Below, one piece after another: positions 1 to 8,770 of a stretch of 64,000 nucleotides of DNA. The notes beneath the pieces were generated by a model that saw only the letters and a program-made list of their open reading frames with translations, had not been told where the DNA came from and made no database searches. Within the stretch, counting starts at the first letter, position 1. Every line of letters starts with the position of its first letter. A program made the position numbers and the translations under genes. Where the stretch lies: contig CALWZD010000070.1 of the NCBI GenBank assembly GCA_944385945.1, forward strand, positions 30,605-94,604. The letters run 5' to 3'. Source of the stretch: an uncultured Anaerofilum sp. (GTDB lineage Bacteria; Bacillota; Clostridia; Oscillospirales; Ruminococcaceae).

Positions 1-11
1 GAGTGGCTGTC

Positions 12-102
12 TGGCGGAGAAGGAGGGATTTGAACCCTCGCGCCGGTTACCCGACCTACGCCCTTAGCAGGGGCGCCTCTTCGACCTCTTGAGTACTTCT
101 CC
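12..102 (-). tRNA. tRNA-Ser (GCT)
   Basis: Reverse complement GGAGAAG...CCCT-GCT-AAGGG...GGTTCAAATCC...CGCCA; long variable arm; encoded CCA. Confidence 0.97.
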
Positions 103-151
103 AGAGCAAAGTATATGCGTAGCTATTCAATTTTCATGTAGATAAGGTGTT

Positions 152-238
152 TGGCGGAGAGGGTGGGATTCGAACCCACGGCCCTGACGGGTCACCGGTT
201 TTCAAGACCGGCTCCTTAAACCACTCGGACACCTCTCC
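152..238 (-). tRNA. tRNA-Ser (TGA)
   Basis: Reverse complement GGAGAGG...CCGGTCT-TGA-AAACCGG...GGTTCGAATCC...CGCCA; long variable arm. Confidence 0.97.
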
Positions 239-276
239 TCATGGCTTTTCAGAAGTTACTGAATAACGCAAGACAA

Positions 277-305
277 ATAATATCATACAAAGCATTAAAA
301 GTCAA
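277..305 (-). promoter_or_regulatory. sigmaA promoter of the tRNA-Ser pair
   Basis: TTGACT-17 nt-TATTAT with extended TGn on the minus strand. Confidence 0.75.
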
Positions 306-470
306 CACCTTTTTTAAAAAAAGTTTGATATTTTTTAAAAAACATACAAAAATAACGGCAAAACGTAATTTGGTCGATATTATTTTTTTCTTGCAGGGGT
401 GATGAGTTTGCGGTAAAATAAAAGAAAGCCACCCATTGCAGGAGGGTATCAAACAATAAGGAGAGCCTTT

Positions 471-1460
471 ATGAAAGCTACTGTGGTCATTCCCAATCTG
501 AATGGTGCAGGTTGGTTGAAGGACAGCATTGAATCCATTTATGCACAGACGATGCAGGATTTTGAACTGATCGTGATCGACAACGCATCTACCGACGAAA
601 GCAAAGCGATTGCACAAAGCTATGTAGGGCGTAGCAACTATACCTTGATCGAAAATGAAACGAATACAGGGTTTTCTTATGCCGTCAATCAAGGTATCCG
701 TATCGCAAAAGGGGAATATGTTGCCCTGTTTAACAACGATGCCTTTGCCGAACCCGATTGGCTGGAGCAACTCATCGCCACAGCCGAGCAGGATAAGCGT
801 ATTTTTGCGGTGTCCAGTTTGATGATCCGTCATTTCGAGCGGGAACTTGCCGATGATGCCGGCGACTATGTGACACTGCTGGGTTTTGCCTGCAAGCGAG
901 GCGACGGCATGAAAGCCAGCCGCTATACAAAGCCTTGTCGGGTCTTTTCGGCTTGTGGCGGTGCAGCGTTGTATCGAAAGTCGATTTTGGACGAGATCGG
1001 CTTGTTCGACGAAACGTTTTTTGCCTACTATGAAGATGTAGACATCAGTTGGCGAGCAAATAGCTTGGGCTATCGCAATGTGTATTGTCCCACCGCAAAG
1101 TGTTATCATATTTGCGGTGCGACCACGGGGGCAGTGCGGTACAATCCGTTCAAAAGTATTCAAAGCGGAAGAAACAGCATCCTGTTGCCGTATAAAAATA
1201 TGCCGTTGCTCATGCTGCTGTTGAATCTTCCGTTTTTGGTGTTGGGATATTTGGTAAAGACGGCGATGTTTCGTTTTCGTGGCTTTGGCGATGCGTATAG
1301 GCAGGGATTCAAAGAGGCACTGAAGACCATCGGAAAAATACAAAAGCCACGTTTTCGGCTGAAAAATATCCCCAACTACATTCTAGTACAGCTTTGGCTG
1401 GTTTGGGGGCTGGGGCAATACATCGTTTATCGCCTGCAAAGGGCTTTGAAAATTCAATAA
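471..1460 (+). CDS. Glycosyltransferase family 2 (rhamnosyltransferase-like)
   Basis: VVIPNLNG, VIDNASTD, LFNND, YYEDVD motifs; RBS AAGGAG. Confidence 0.9.
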   Translation: MKATVVIPNLNGAGWLKDSIESIYAQTMQDFELIVIDNASTDESKAIAQSYVGRSNYTLIENETNTGFSYAVNQGIRIAKGEYVALFNNDAFAEPDWLEQLIATAEQDKRIFAVSSLMIRHFERELADDAGDYVTLLGFACKRGDGMKASRYTKPCRVFSACGGAALYRKSILDEIGLFDETFFAYYEDVDISWRANSLGYRNVYCPTAKCYHICGATTGAVRYNPFKSIQSGRNSILLPYKNMPLLMLLLNLPFLVLGYLVKTAMFRFRGFGDAYRQGFKEALKTIGKIQKPRFRLKNIPNYILVQLWLVWGLGQYIVYRLQRALKIQ

Positions 1461-1474
1461 AGGAGCGAGAATCA

Positions 1475-2116
1475 ATGACAAGCAATCGACCTGTGGCATT
1501 CGTGCGTGAAAAAATGATCGAGCGCACGATGAAAATGCTGGAAAAAAACAATATGACCGCCTATTATGCGCCTACGGTTGCCGATGCACAGGCACTTGTA
1601 AAACAGCTTGTTCCAAAAGGGGCAAGTGTTGCCTGCGGTGGCAGTATGTCGTTGGAAGAAGCGGGCATCATGGAGATTTTACGCAGCGGTGACTACACCT
1701 TTTTCGACCGTCAAGGCGTGACCGGTGACGCCGTAGGCGATGTGCTGCGCAAGGCATTTTTTGCTGATTGCTATCTTACCAGCTGCAACGCTGTCACCGA
1801 GCAAGGTGAGCTATTTAACGTAGACGGAAATGCCAACCGTGTGGCTGCGATGTGTTTTGGACCCGAAAGTGTCATCTGTGTGGTAGGGTATAACAAGATC
1901 GTACCCGATTTGCAGGCAGCGCAAGAGCGATTGGAAACCATTGCAGCACCGGCAAATGCGGTTCGTTTGGAGCGCAAGACCCCTTGCACCACGACCGGTC
2001 GCTGTGAAAATTGCCACAGCCCCGAGCGTATCTGCTGCACGACGGTGGTACACCGTCAGCAGCGTGTTGCCGGTAGGATCAAAGTGATTTTGGTCGGCGA
2101 AGAACTGGGCTACTAA
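1475..2116 (+). CDS. Lactate utilization (LUD domain) protein
   Basis: GGSMSL, NVDGNANRVAAM, C-terminal Cys cluster (PCTTTGRCENC..RICC); start moved to the ATG after AAGGAG. Confidence 0.85.
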   Translation: MTSNRPVAFVREKMIERTMKMLEKNNMTAYYAPTVADAQALVKQLVPKGASVACGGSMSLEEAGIMEILRSGDYTFFDRQGVTGDAVGDVLRKAFFADCYLTSCNAVTEQGELFNVDGNANRVAAMCFGPESVICVVGYNKIVPDLQAAQERLETIAAPANAVRLERKTPCTTTGRCENCHSPERICCTTVVHRQQRVAGRIKVILVGEELGY

Positions 2117-2133
2117 ACTAAACCTATCCCTAA

Positions 2134-2184
2134 CAAGCCGAGAACCCCTTCTGCACATAGGGCAGAGGGGGTTCTCGGTTTATT
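2134..2184. terminator. Bidirectional intrinsic terminator
   Basis: CCGAGAACCCCTTCTGC...GCAGAGGGGGTTCTCGG hairpin between convergent genes. Confidence 0.75.
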
Positions 2185-2188
2185 GGCT

Positions 2189-2365
2189 TTACAGGTCGTC
2201 AGCATCTTGCTGGGGCATTTCATGCGGATTTTTCGGCAGACCGGTGTAACTTCCGTCGGGGTCAGCTTTGCTGGGGCGAGGGGTTGCGCAGCTTTCCACG
2301 ACCTCGTTATACAAATGCTTGGGGGGAAGATGGCGGTCATTCTGGTTGGTTCCGTTTGACAACAT
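2189..2365 (-). CDS. Small 58-aa protein ending DPDGSYTGLPKNPHEMPQQDADDL (not in the ORF track)
   Basis: AAAGGAG RBS 10 nt before ATG; stop next to the terminator; sigmaF/G-like promoter directly upstream; C-terminus resembles a clostridial hypothetical family as I recall it (DPxGSYTG...PxQDADDL). Confidence 0.8.
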   Translation of the reverse strand: MLSNGTNQNDRHLPPKHLYNEVVESCATPRPSKADPDGSYTGLPKNPHEMPQQDADDL

Positions 2366-2383
2366 TTCGCTTCAACTCCTTTC

Positions 2384-2418
2384 GCATACAGTATGCCCAG
2401 TGTGGGAATACTGTATAC
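2384..2418. promoter_or_regulatory. Overlapping divergent sigmaF/sigmaG-type promoters
   Basis: Plus strand GCATA-N15-GGGAATACTG; minus strand GTATA-N15-GGGCATACTG; both fit GYATA-N15-GGnnAnAHTR. Confidence 0.7.
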
Positions 2419-2443
2419 AATCAAGGGGAAAGGAGCAGATAAA

Positions 2444-3355
2444 ATGAGCCGTGTGCGGGCATTTTGGTTAAGTTTTTTGTTGAGTGCAGGCATTGTTATC
2501 CCGTTGTTGGGGTGTGTGGTACTCATGCAAGGAAAACGCATGAAAGAACAACAGGAGCAGCAGGTGGAAGCCGGAACTGCGGTACAGGGGGTGCCGATTG
2601 CATTGGCAACACCCGACGACCACATTGCGTGTCTGGCGGTAGTGGAAACCGAGCAGGAACCCATCTTTCTGCTGATAGGGCTGGATGCGGTGCAGGATAG
2701 GGTGGCAGTTCTGGGTTTTCCGTCACAAACGGTCATTCTTTCACCACAGGGAAGTAGTACACTGGGCGAAGAATGTGTACAGGCAGGGCCTGGCAGAGCG
2801 GCGCAGCTTTTGAGCGATACTTTGCAGTTGGAGATCCCGTATTACCTGCTGGTAGATGCGAATACACTTGCTTCGGCAGCTACCGATTGGCAAGCGGTCA
2901 CAGTGAATTTGTCGGGATATAACATTGACGGAGTCAGTGCGCAGGTAGGAAAAGCACCGGTATGTATGTTAGTGGCAGAACAGGCGGTGTCGCTACTGGA
3001 TGAATGGAAGCTGCAAAATGCGGCACGTTCCGACATGATGGCAAATATGATGGGCGAATTTTTGCTTTCGGCAATTTTAAATCAGCCGACCGCTGTGGCG
3101 GATGCTCTGCGGGATTGCAGCAGTAAAATGCTCACCACACTTACTTCGCAGGAGTTTTTGAAAATCGACCGCATCTGTGGGCTAATGAACAAGACCGAGC
3201 CGGAATTTTTACCGCAGCGGCTTGCAGGCAGCATGAACGGAACAAGGTTTGAACTGAACGAGGAGTCGGTGGCATTGGTACAGGAACTGTTTGAAAAATA
3301 TAAACAGGCGGATACGGACGAAGCAGAAATGACAACGCAAAGCGGACAGGAATAG
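2444..3355 (+). CDS. Membrane-anchored hypothetical protein, degenerate LCP (LytR-CpsA-Psr)-like
   Basis: N-terminal TM helix; LLIGLDA..DRVAVLGFPSQT and LSDTLQLEIPYYLLVD resemble the LCP core; RBS AAGGAG. Confidence 0.6.
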   Translation: MSRVRAFWLSFLLSAGIVIPLLGCVVLMQGKRMKEQQEQQVEAGTAVQGVPIALATPDDHIACLAVVETEQEPIFLLIGLDAVQDRVAVLGFPSQTVILSPQGSSTLGEECVQAGPGRAAQLLSDTLQLEIPYYLLVDANTLASAATDWQAVTVNLSGYNIDGVSAQVGKAPVCMLVAEQAVSLLDEWKLQNAARSDMMANMMGEFLLSAILNQPTAVADALRDCSSKMLTTLTSQEFLKIDRICGLMNKTEPEFLPQRLAGSMNGTRFELNEESVALVQELFEKYKQADTDEAEMTTQSGQE

Positions 3356-3473
3356 CGTTAAAAAAGCAGGGAGTGAGAAAGCTTCTCACTCCCTGCTTTT
3401 ATGTTCAAAAATACTAGATTGATTGACAAGGCAATGTATTTGTGTTACTTTGGAAAAAAGAATATAGAAAGAG

Positions 3474-3740
3474 GTGAGCAGAATGAAAAAATTGTGGGGT
3501 CTGCTTGCAATCATATGGGCAGTGACAGCGGCGATCAGCTGGTGGCAGGGACAAGTAGGTTCTGCAATCGTGCGTCTGCTTGCTTGTGTGATGTTTGCGA
3601 TTTTTTGGATTTTACAGGCAAAATGCGATACAATGGGCGAAAAAGGCGAAAAAATAATGAAAGTGGCAAAAGTATGTATGCTTGTAGTGGTGCTTGTTGC
3701 CTTAGTTGTCATCTTTTTTGAATTGCATTTGTTTGAGTAA
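3474..3740 (+). CDS. Small hypothetical membrane protein (3 TM)
   Basis: Hydrophobic helices; RBS GAGGTG upstream; start may be the ATG at 3483. Confidence 0.7.
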   Translation: MSRMKKLWGLLAIIWAVTAAISWWQGQVGSAIVRLLACVMFAIFWILQAKCDTMGEKGEKIMKVAKVCMLVVVLVALVVIFFELHLFE

Positions 3741-3754
3741 AAAGGGGGATTGAT

Positions 3755-4009
3755 ATGAACAAGCTAGATTGGAAGACACTTGCGATTTCGTTACTGGTTT
3801 TGTTTGTGGTATCCTTACTGCCGGCTTGTTTTGTGGAGCAAACACAGTTGCAGCTTGGATTTCCGGCGGTGTTTTATCGGGTGTTCACAGGCGAAACATC
3901 TGCTTACAGTGCGCATTTTAACCCGCTGGCATTTTTGTTCGATGTGGCGGTGGTGTATGCTGTCGTTTACGGTGTGAAAAGATTGCATCAGTCGATTTTG
4001 AAAAAATGA
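3755..4009 (+). CDS. Small hypothetical membrane protein (2 TM)
   Basis: RBS AAGGGGG; two hydrophobic segments flanking GFP-FY; followed by a terminator. Confidence 0.7.
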   Translation: MNKLDWKTLAISLLVLFVVSLLPACFVEQTQLQLGFPAVFYRVFTGETSAYSAHFNPLAFLFDVAVVYAVVYGVKRLHQSILKK

Positions 4010-4053
4010 AAAAAGCACCTGCATTCCTGTTCAAATGGAATGCAGGTGCTTTT
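4010..4053. terminator. Bidirectional terminator
   Basis: AAAAGCACCTGCATTCC...GGAATGCAGGTGCTTTT. Confidence 0.8.
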
Positions 4054-4057
4054 GGTT

Positions 4058-4134
4058 TGGTGGGCCATTCAGGACTTGAACCCGAGACCAATCGGTTATG
4101 AGCCGACAGCTCTGACCAGCTGAGCTAATGGCCC
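4058..4134 (-). tRNA. tRNA-Ile2 (CAT, lysidine-modified; tools may call it Met)
   Basis: GGGCCATTAGCTCAG...CGGCT-CAT-AACCG...GGTTCAAGTCC...CACCA; anticodon arm typical of Firmicute Ile2. Confidence 0.9.
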
Positions 4135-4222
4135 CTATCTGCTAAATGCACAGATTATTATAGCATATTCTTACGAAAAAGAAAAGCCCCTTTTCGTAAG
4201 AATATGCTTTTTTGCTTGCGCA

Positions 4223-5539
4223 TCAAACGGTGGTCGTCAGCTTCGGGGGCTGTGTAAAGGAATGCTGTACAGGTGGCTGTGAAGCGTTTTGCAGCCGGTC
4301 TTTCGCAACGGCGAGCATCAACTTGATGCGGTTTTCCTGATTGACACGGGTCGCACTGGGGTCGTAGTCGATGGGGGTGATGTTGGCATTGGGGTAAACG
4401 GCACGTAATTTGTTGATCATGCCTTTGCCCGAGATGTGGTTGGGCAAACAGCCAAACGGCTGGGTACATACGATGTTCTCGAAGCCGGTCACGATCAGTT
4501 CTGCCATTTCTGCGGTCAACAGCCAGCCCTCACCCATTTTGTTTCCGTAGCTGATCAAGCCATCGGCAAGCTTTTTCATCTCAAGGAACGGAGTAGGTGC
4601 ATGAAGACCGTGCTTTCGAATGCTTTCGCCCATCAGTTGCTCACGGGCGTCCAGATAATCCAGTGCAAAATCGGCAGCCCATGCGCCCAGTGCATTTCCG
4701 CCGTACAAACGGATGGTTTCGCTCATGTTGGCGATACAGTATTGCACGAATCCCATCAGACCCGGCAGGTTTACTTCGCACCCCTCTGAGGCAAGGAATT
4801 CTTCCAGATGGTTGTTGCCGAGAGGGGAGTATTTTACGTAGATCTCGCCCACGACGCCGACTTTCGGCTTGGGTACGACCGTTTTGGGAATCGCTGCAAA
4901 ATCGGCTGCAATGGCATCGAATCGTTTTTTCATCTGGCTTTTTGCCATGCCTTTTCCGGCACGAAAATCTTGGCAGATGGTTTGTATCCAACGTTGTGCC
5001 GTTGCTTCGGCATCGCCTTTGTTATTTTCGTAAGGGGATACCTGATTGCGCAGACACATGAGCATATCGCCGTACAGTACGGCAGAAAGGACTTTTTTCG
5101 CCAGAGGAATGGTAAGCGAAAACCCGCTGTCCTTTTCCAAACCGCTGAAGTTCAGGCTGGCGACCGGAATATTTTCGAATCCTGCTTTGTACAGTGCTTT
5201 GCGCAGCAGATGGATATAGTTGGAGGCACGGCAGCCACCACCTGTTTGGGTGATGAGCAAAGCGGTGTGCTCGAGGTCGTAGCGACCGCTTTTCAGGGCG
5301 GTGATGAACTGTCCAATGACCAACAAAGCGGGGTAGCAGGTGTCGTTATGGACGTATTTCAGCCCCTCTTGCGCAATTTGGGGCCCATCGTCCTGTAAGA
5401 TTTCGGCTTGATAGCCCTCGCTTTGTAAAATATCCTGCAAAATGGCAAAATGCAAAGGTGCCATATTGGGAATTAAAATCTTATGGGTGGAGCGCATTTC
5501 CTTCGTAAATTTTGGGGGAACATAGTGGGCATCGATCAC
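4223..5539 (-). CDS. 2-hydroxyacyl-CoA dehydratase-related protein (partner of the CoA-activase protein)
   Basis: HNDTCYPA, QTGGGCRASNY, GEGWLL, QPFGCLPNH motifs; overlaps the upstream stop. Confidence 0.85.
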   Translation of the reverse strand: MIDAHYVPPKFTKEMRSTHKILIPNMAPLHFAILQDILQSEGYQAEILQDDGPQIAQEGLKYVHNDTCYPALLVIGQFITALKSGRYDLEHTALLITQTGGGCRASNYIHLLRKALYKAGFENIPVASLNFSGLEKDSGFSLTIPLAKKVLSAVLYGDMLMCLRNQVSPYENNKGDAEATAQRWIQTICQDFRAGKGMAKSQMKKRFDAIAADFAAIPKTVVPKPKVGVVGEIYVKYSPLGNNHLEEFLASEGCEVNLPGLMGFVQYCIANMSETIRLYGGNALGAWAADFALDYLDAREQLMGESIRKHGLHAPTPFLEMKKLADGLISYGNKMGEGWLLTAEMAELIVTGFENIVCTQPFGCLPNHISGKGMINKLRAVYPNANITPIDYDPSATRVNQENRIKLMLAVAKDRLQNASQPPVQHSFTQPPKLTTTV

Positions 5540-8454
5540 AGAGAATTGCCCTCCTTTCTTGCTTCGATCGCTGCAAACAGGCTGCGCAATCGGATAGTGA
5601 CTGCACCAAGGTTGGTGATCTCGTCGATTTTGATTTGGGTGTACAGCTTACCGCCGTTTTGCAGGATGTCTTTGGTTTCGTCGGTGGTGATGGAATCCAC
5701 ACCACAGCCAAAGCTTACCAGCTGCACCAGTTCCATATCAGGTTGGCTGCATACGTATTTTGCCGCTGCATACAGACGTGCATGGTAAGTCCATTGATTC
5801 AGCACACGGGTGGGGAATTTTTCCATCAGCCAGCTCACACTGTCTTCGGTCACGACCGCAGCACCACAGCTGCAAATCAAGCGGTCGATTCCGTGGTTGA
5901 TTTCGGGGTCGATGTGATAGGGGCGACCGGCAAGTACGATGATGGGCAATCCATTTGCACGTGCGTGTTCAACGATACGTGCGCCCTCGGCACGAACGGC
6001 TGCCATATGATGCTCATACTCGCTGTAAGCGGCACCACACGCCTGCTGCACCTCTTTGGCGGTGATGTCGGGGAAATACTTCGCCAGGATTTTGGGCATT
6101 TTTTTCTCAAAATCTTTGCGGCGGTGAATGCCCAGATAATCGTAGATGAAGGTGGTGTTATAAAGTTCACGGCAGTTGGCAGCGATCACTTCGGGATAGT
6201 ACGCCACCACAGGGCAGTTGTAATGGTTTTCGCCCAGACCCTCATCCAGATTGTAGGTCAGGCAAGGATAGAAGATGGTATCGACACCCATATCGACCAA
6301 TGCACGGATGTGTCCATGCACCAGTTTTGCCGGAAAACAAACGGTGTCGCTGGGGATGGTCGCCTGACCGGTAAGGTAAAGCTGTCGGTTGGAGATAGGA
6401 CTGGTGATGACCTCAAAACCCAAACTGGTGAAAAATGCGTGCCAGAACGGCAGCAGTTCGAACATATTCAGCGCAAGAGGAATCCCGATCTTTCCACGAG
6501 TGCCTGCGACCGGCTGATAGCTTTGCAAAAGATTCAGCTTGTAGGCGTACAGATCACGCTTGGTGTCGGATTCACTGTGGGTCACAGGCTTTTCGCAACG
6601 GTTTCCGCTGATGTAGCGTTTGCCGCCTGCAAAGCGGTTGACGGTAAGCTGGCAATGGTTGGTGCAACCCTTACAGGTGACATTCTGCACCTCGTGGCTA
6701 AAGGTTTCCAACCCGTGTTGGCTGATGACCTTGCTTCGGCTGCCGGGCAAAGAGTGTGCTTTGCCGTACAGTGCAGCACCAAACGCACCCATCAGACCGG
6801 CGATGTCGGGACGAATGACTTCGACTCCCATTTCCTGCTCGAAAGCACGTAAAACGGCTTCGTTCATGAAAGTACCGCCCTGTACCACGATGTTGCGCCC
6901 CAGTTCTTCGGGGCGAGAGGCACGGATGACCTTATAGAGCGCATTTTTCACGACGCTGATAGAAAGACCGGCGGAAATATTCTCGATGCTTGCGCCATCT
7001 TTCTGCGCCTGTTTTACGCTGGAATTCATAAACACGGTGCATCGGCTGCCCAGATCGACCGGGTTTTTGGCGAACAGGGCGAGGCGAGAAAATTCGGGGA
7101 CCGAATACCCAAGTGCTTGTGCAAAGGTCTGCAAAAAGCTGCCACAGCCCGAAGAACAGGCTTCGTTCAGGAAAATGTCGCTGATCGAGCCATCTTCGAT
7201 TTTAAAGCACTTCATATCCTGTCCGCCGATGTCGATAACGAAATCGACGTTGGGCATGAAATGCTGCGCAGCGGTAAAGTGTGCCACCGTTTCGACGATG
7301 CCGAAATCAGCTTCGAACGCACTTTTGATGAGTGCTTCGCCGTAGCCGGTGGTGGTAACACTGGTGATGGACAGGCTGGGATGACGGCGATAAAGCTCGG
7401 TCAAAAGTTCCTTGATGAGCGGAATGGGGTTGCCCGAGTTGGGTTGGTAGTTGGTGAAAAGCAGGTTATCGTTTTGGTCGATAACGACCATCTTCACGGT
7501 GGTGCTGCCAGCGTCAATGCCGATATGTACCGACCCTACATCTTCGCCGAATGCAATGCGGGGAACGGTCGCTTTCATATGGCGAGCATGGAACTGCTCG
7601 TATTCCTCCATCGAGGAGAACAAAGGCGGCTGGCTTGCATAGCTGCCCAGTGCGCCGTCCTGCTCCATGGCTTTTGCAACAGTGGCAAGCTCCATTTCGG
7701 TGTCGGCATACAAAGCGGTGCCGAGTGCAACGAAATACAGGCTGTTCTCGGGGCAAGTTCCGGTCAGCTGTAACGCTTGGTCAAATGCTTTGCGCAACTG
7801 GCTGAAAAAGGTCAAAGGTCCACCCAAATACAGCACGTTGCCCTCAATGGGGCGTCCCTGTGCCAATCCTGCAATGGTCTGGTTGACCACTGCATGGAGG
7901 ATACTGGCAGCGATGTCGGGGATCTTTGCACCCTGATTCAACAGCGGTTGTACGTCTGTTTTAGCGAATACACCGCAGCGGCTGGCGATGGTGTAAATTT
8001 TTTCTGCTTTGGCAGCCTCTTGGTCGAGTTGTTCGGGAGAAAGCCCCAACAGAGTTGCCATCTGGTCGATAAAAGCACCCGTACCGCCGGCACAGCTGCC
8101 GTTCATGCGCACTTCTGTGCCGTTTTTCAAAAACAGGATTTTGGCATCCTCACCGCCCAGTTCGATGATAGCGTCGGTGTCGGGGGCAAAAGTTTGTGCA
8201 GCGATGCGGGTGGCAAATACTTCTTGCACAAACGATACACCGCAGTTTTTGGCAAAACCCATCGCTGCCGAGCCGGAAATGGCAAGGTGTGCATGGGTGC
8301 ACTTTAGCTGAGATTGCAGCTTGGTCAGCAGCTCCGAAGCCTTTTGTGCGATGTGGCTGTTATGACGTTCGTAGCTGGAAAAAATAAGGTTGTTCTGGTC
8401 ATCCAGAACAGCACATTTAATGGTTGTTGAACCGATGTCGAGACCGATCCGCAT
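5536..8454 (-). CDS. Acyl-CoA dehydratase activase (tandem BadF/BadG/BcrA/BcrD ATPase domains plus DUF2229-like domain)
   Basis: GLDIGSTT and GIDAGSTT, ELGGEDAK and DIGGQD, CAGGTG and CSSGCG; RBS GGAGGT. Confidence 0.9.
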   Translation of the reverse strand: MRIGLDIGSTTIKCAVLDDQNNLIFSSYERHNSHIAQKASELLTKLQSQLKCTHAHLAISGSAAMGFAKNCGVSFVQEVFATRIAAQTFAPDTDAIIELGGEDAKILFLKNGTEVRMNGSCAGGTGAFIDQMATLLGLSPEQLDQEAAKAEKIYTIASRCGVFAKTDVQPLLNQGAKIPDIAASILHAVVNQTIAGLAQGRPIEGNVLYLGGPLTFFSQLRKAFDQALQLTGTCPENSLYFVALGTALYADTEMELATVAKAMEQDGALGSYASQPPLFSSMEEYEQFHARHMKATVPRIAFGEDVGSVHIGIDAGSTTVKMVVIDQNDNLLFTNYQPNSGNPIPLIKELLTELYRRHPSLSITSVTTTGYGEALIKSAFEADFGIVETVAHFTAAQHFMPNVDFVIDIGGQDMKCFKIEDGSISDIFLNEACSSGCGSFLQTFAQALGYSVPEFSRLALFAKNPVDLGSRCTVFMNSSVKQAQKDGASIENISAGLSISVVKNALYKVIRASRPEELGRNIVVQGGTFMNEAVLRAFEQEMGVEVIRPDIAGLMGAFGAALYGKAHSLPGSRSKVISQHGLETFSHEVQNVTCKGCTNHCQLTVNRFAGGKRYISGNRCEKPVTHSESDTKRDLYAYKLNLLQSYQPVAGTRGKIGIPLALNMFELLPFWHAFFTSLGFEVITSPISNRQLYLTGQATIPSDTVCFPAKLVHGHIRALVDMGVDTIFYPCLTYNLDEGLGENHYNCPVVAYYPEVIAANCRELYNTTFIYDYLGIHRRKDFEKKMPKILAKYFPDITAKEVQQACGAAYSEYEHHMAAVRAEGARIVEHARANGLPIIVLAGRPYHIDPEINHGIDRLICSCGAAVVTEDSVSWLMEKFPTRVLNQWTYHARLYAAAKYVCSQPDMELVQLVSFGCGVDSITTDETKDILQNGGKLYTQIKIDEITNLGAVTIRLRSLFAAIEARKEGNSL

Positions 8455-8770
8455 ATGAAAACCTCCGAAAGAAACTGCTGTGCCATGCAACAAAGCAGCT
8501 CCTACATATTTATATATAATTTTTGAATATTCACTTTATATTTTACTTGCGACAGCCAAAAAAGCAAGTGAAAAATTGCAAAAAAAGGCTCGCTTTTTGT
8601 AAAAATGACGTAGATTCATTTGATTTTTTGAGCAAGATTTTCGTTGCTTTTTGGGGCAGAAAAAGTGGTTTCTTTGTAATGTGTACAGGTGTTTTATATA
8701 TAAAAGCAACTTTTTCTCCAACCAAAAACCGCCTTCTTCTGTGGAAGAAGGCGGTAAACAAAGAAAAGCA

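Noticed and set aside
4058-4134. Calling the CAT tRNA initiator or elongator Met
   Set aside because: It has a G1-C72 pair and lacks the three consecutive G-C anticodon-stem pairs of fMet; the GGCTCATAACC arm and acceptor stem match Firmicute Ile2
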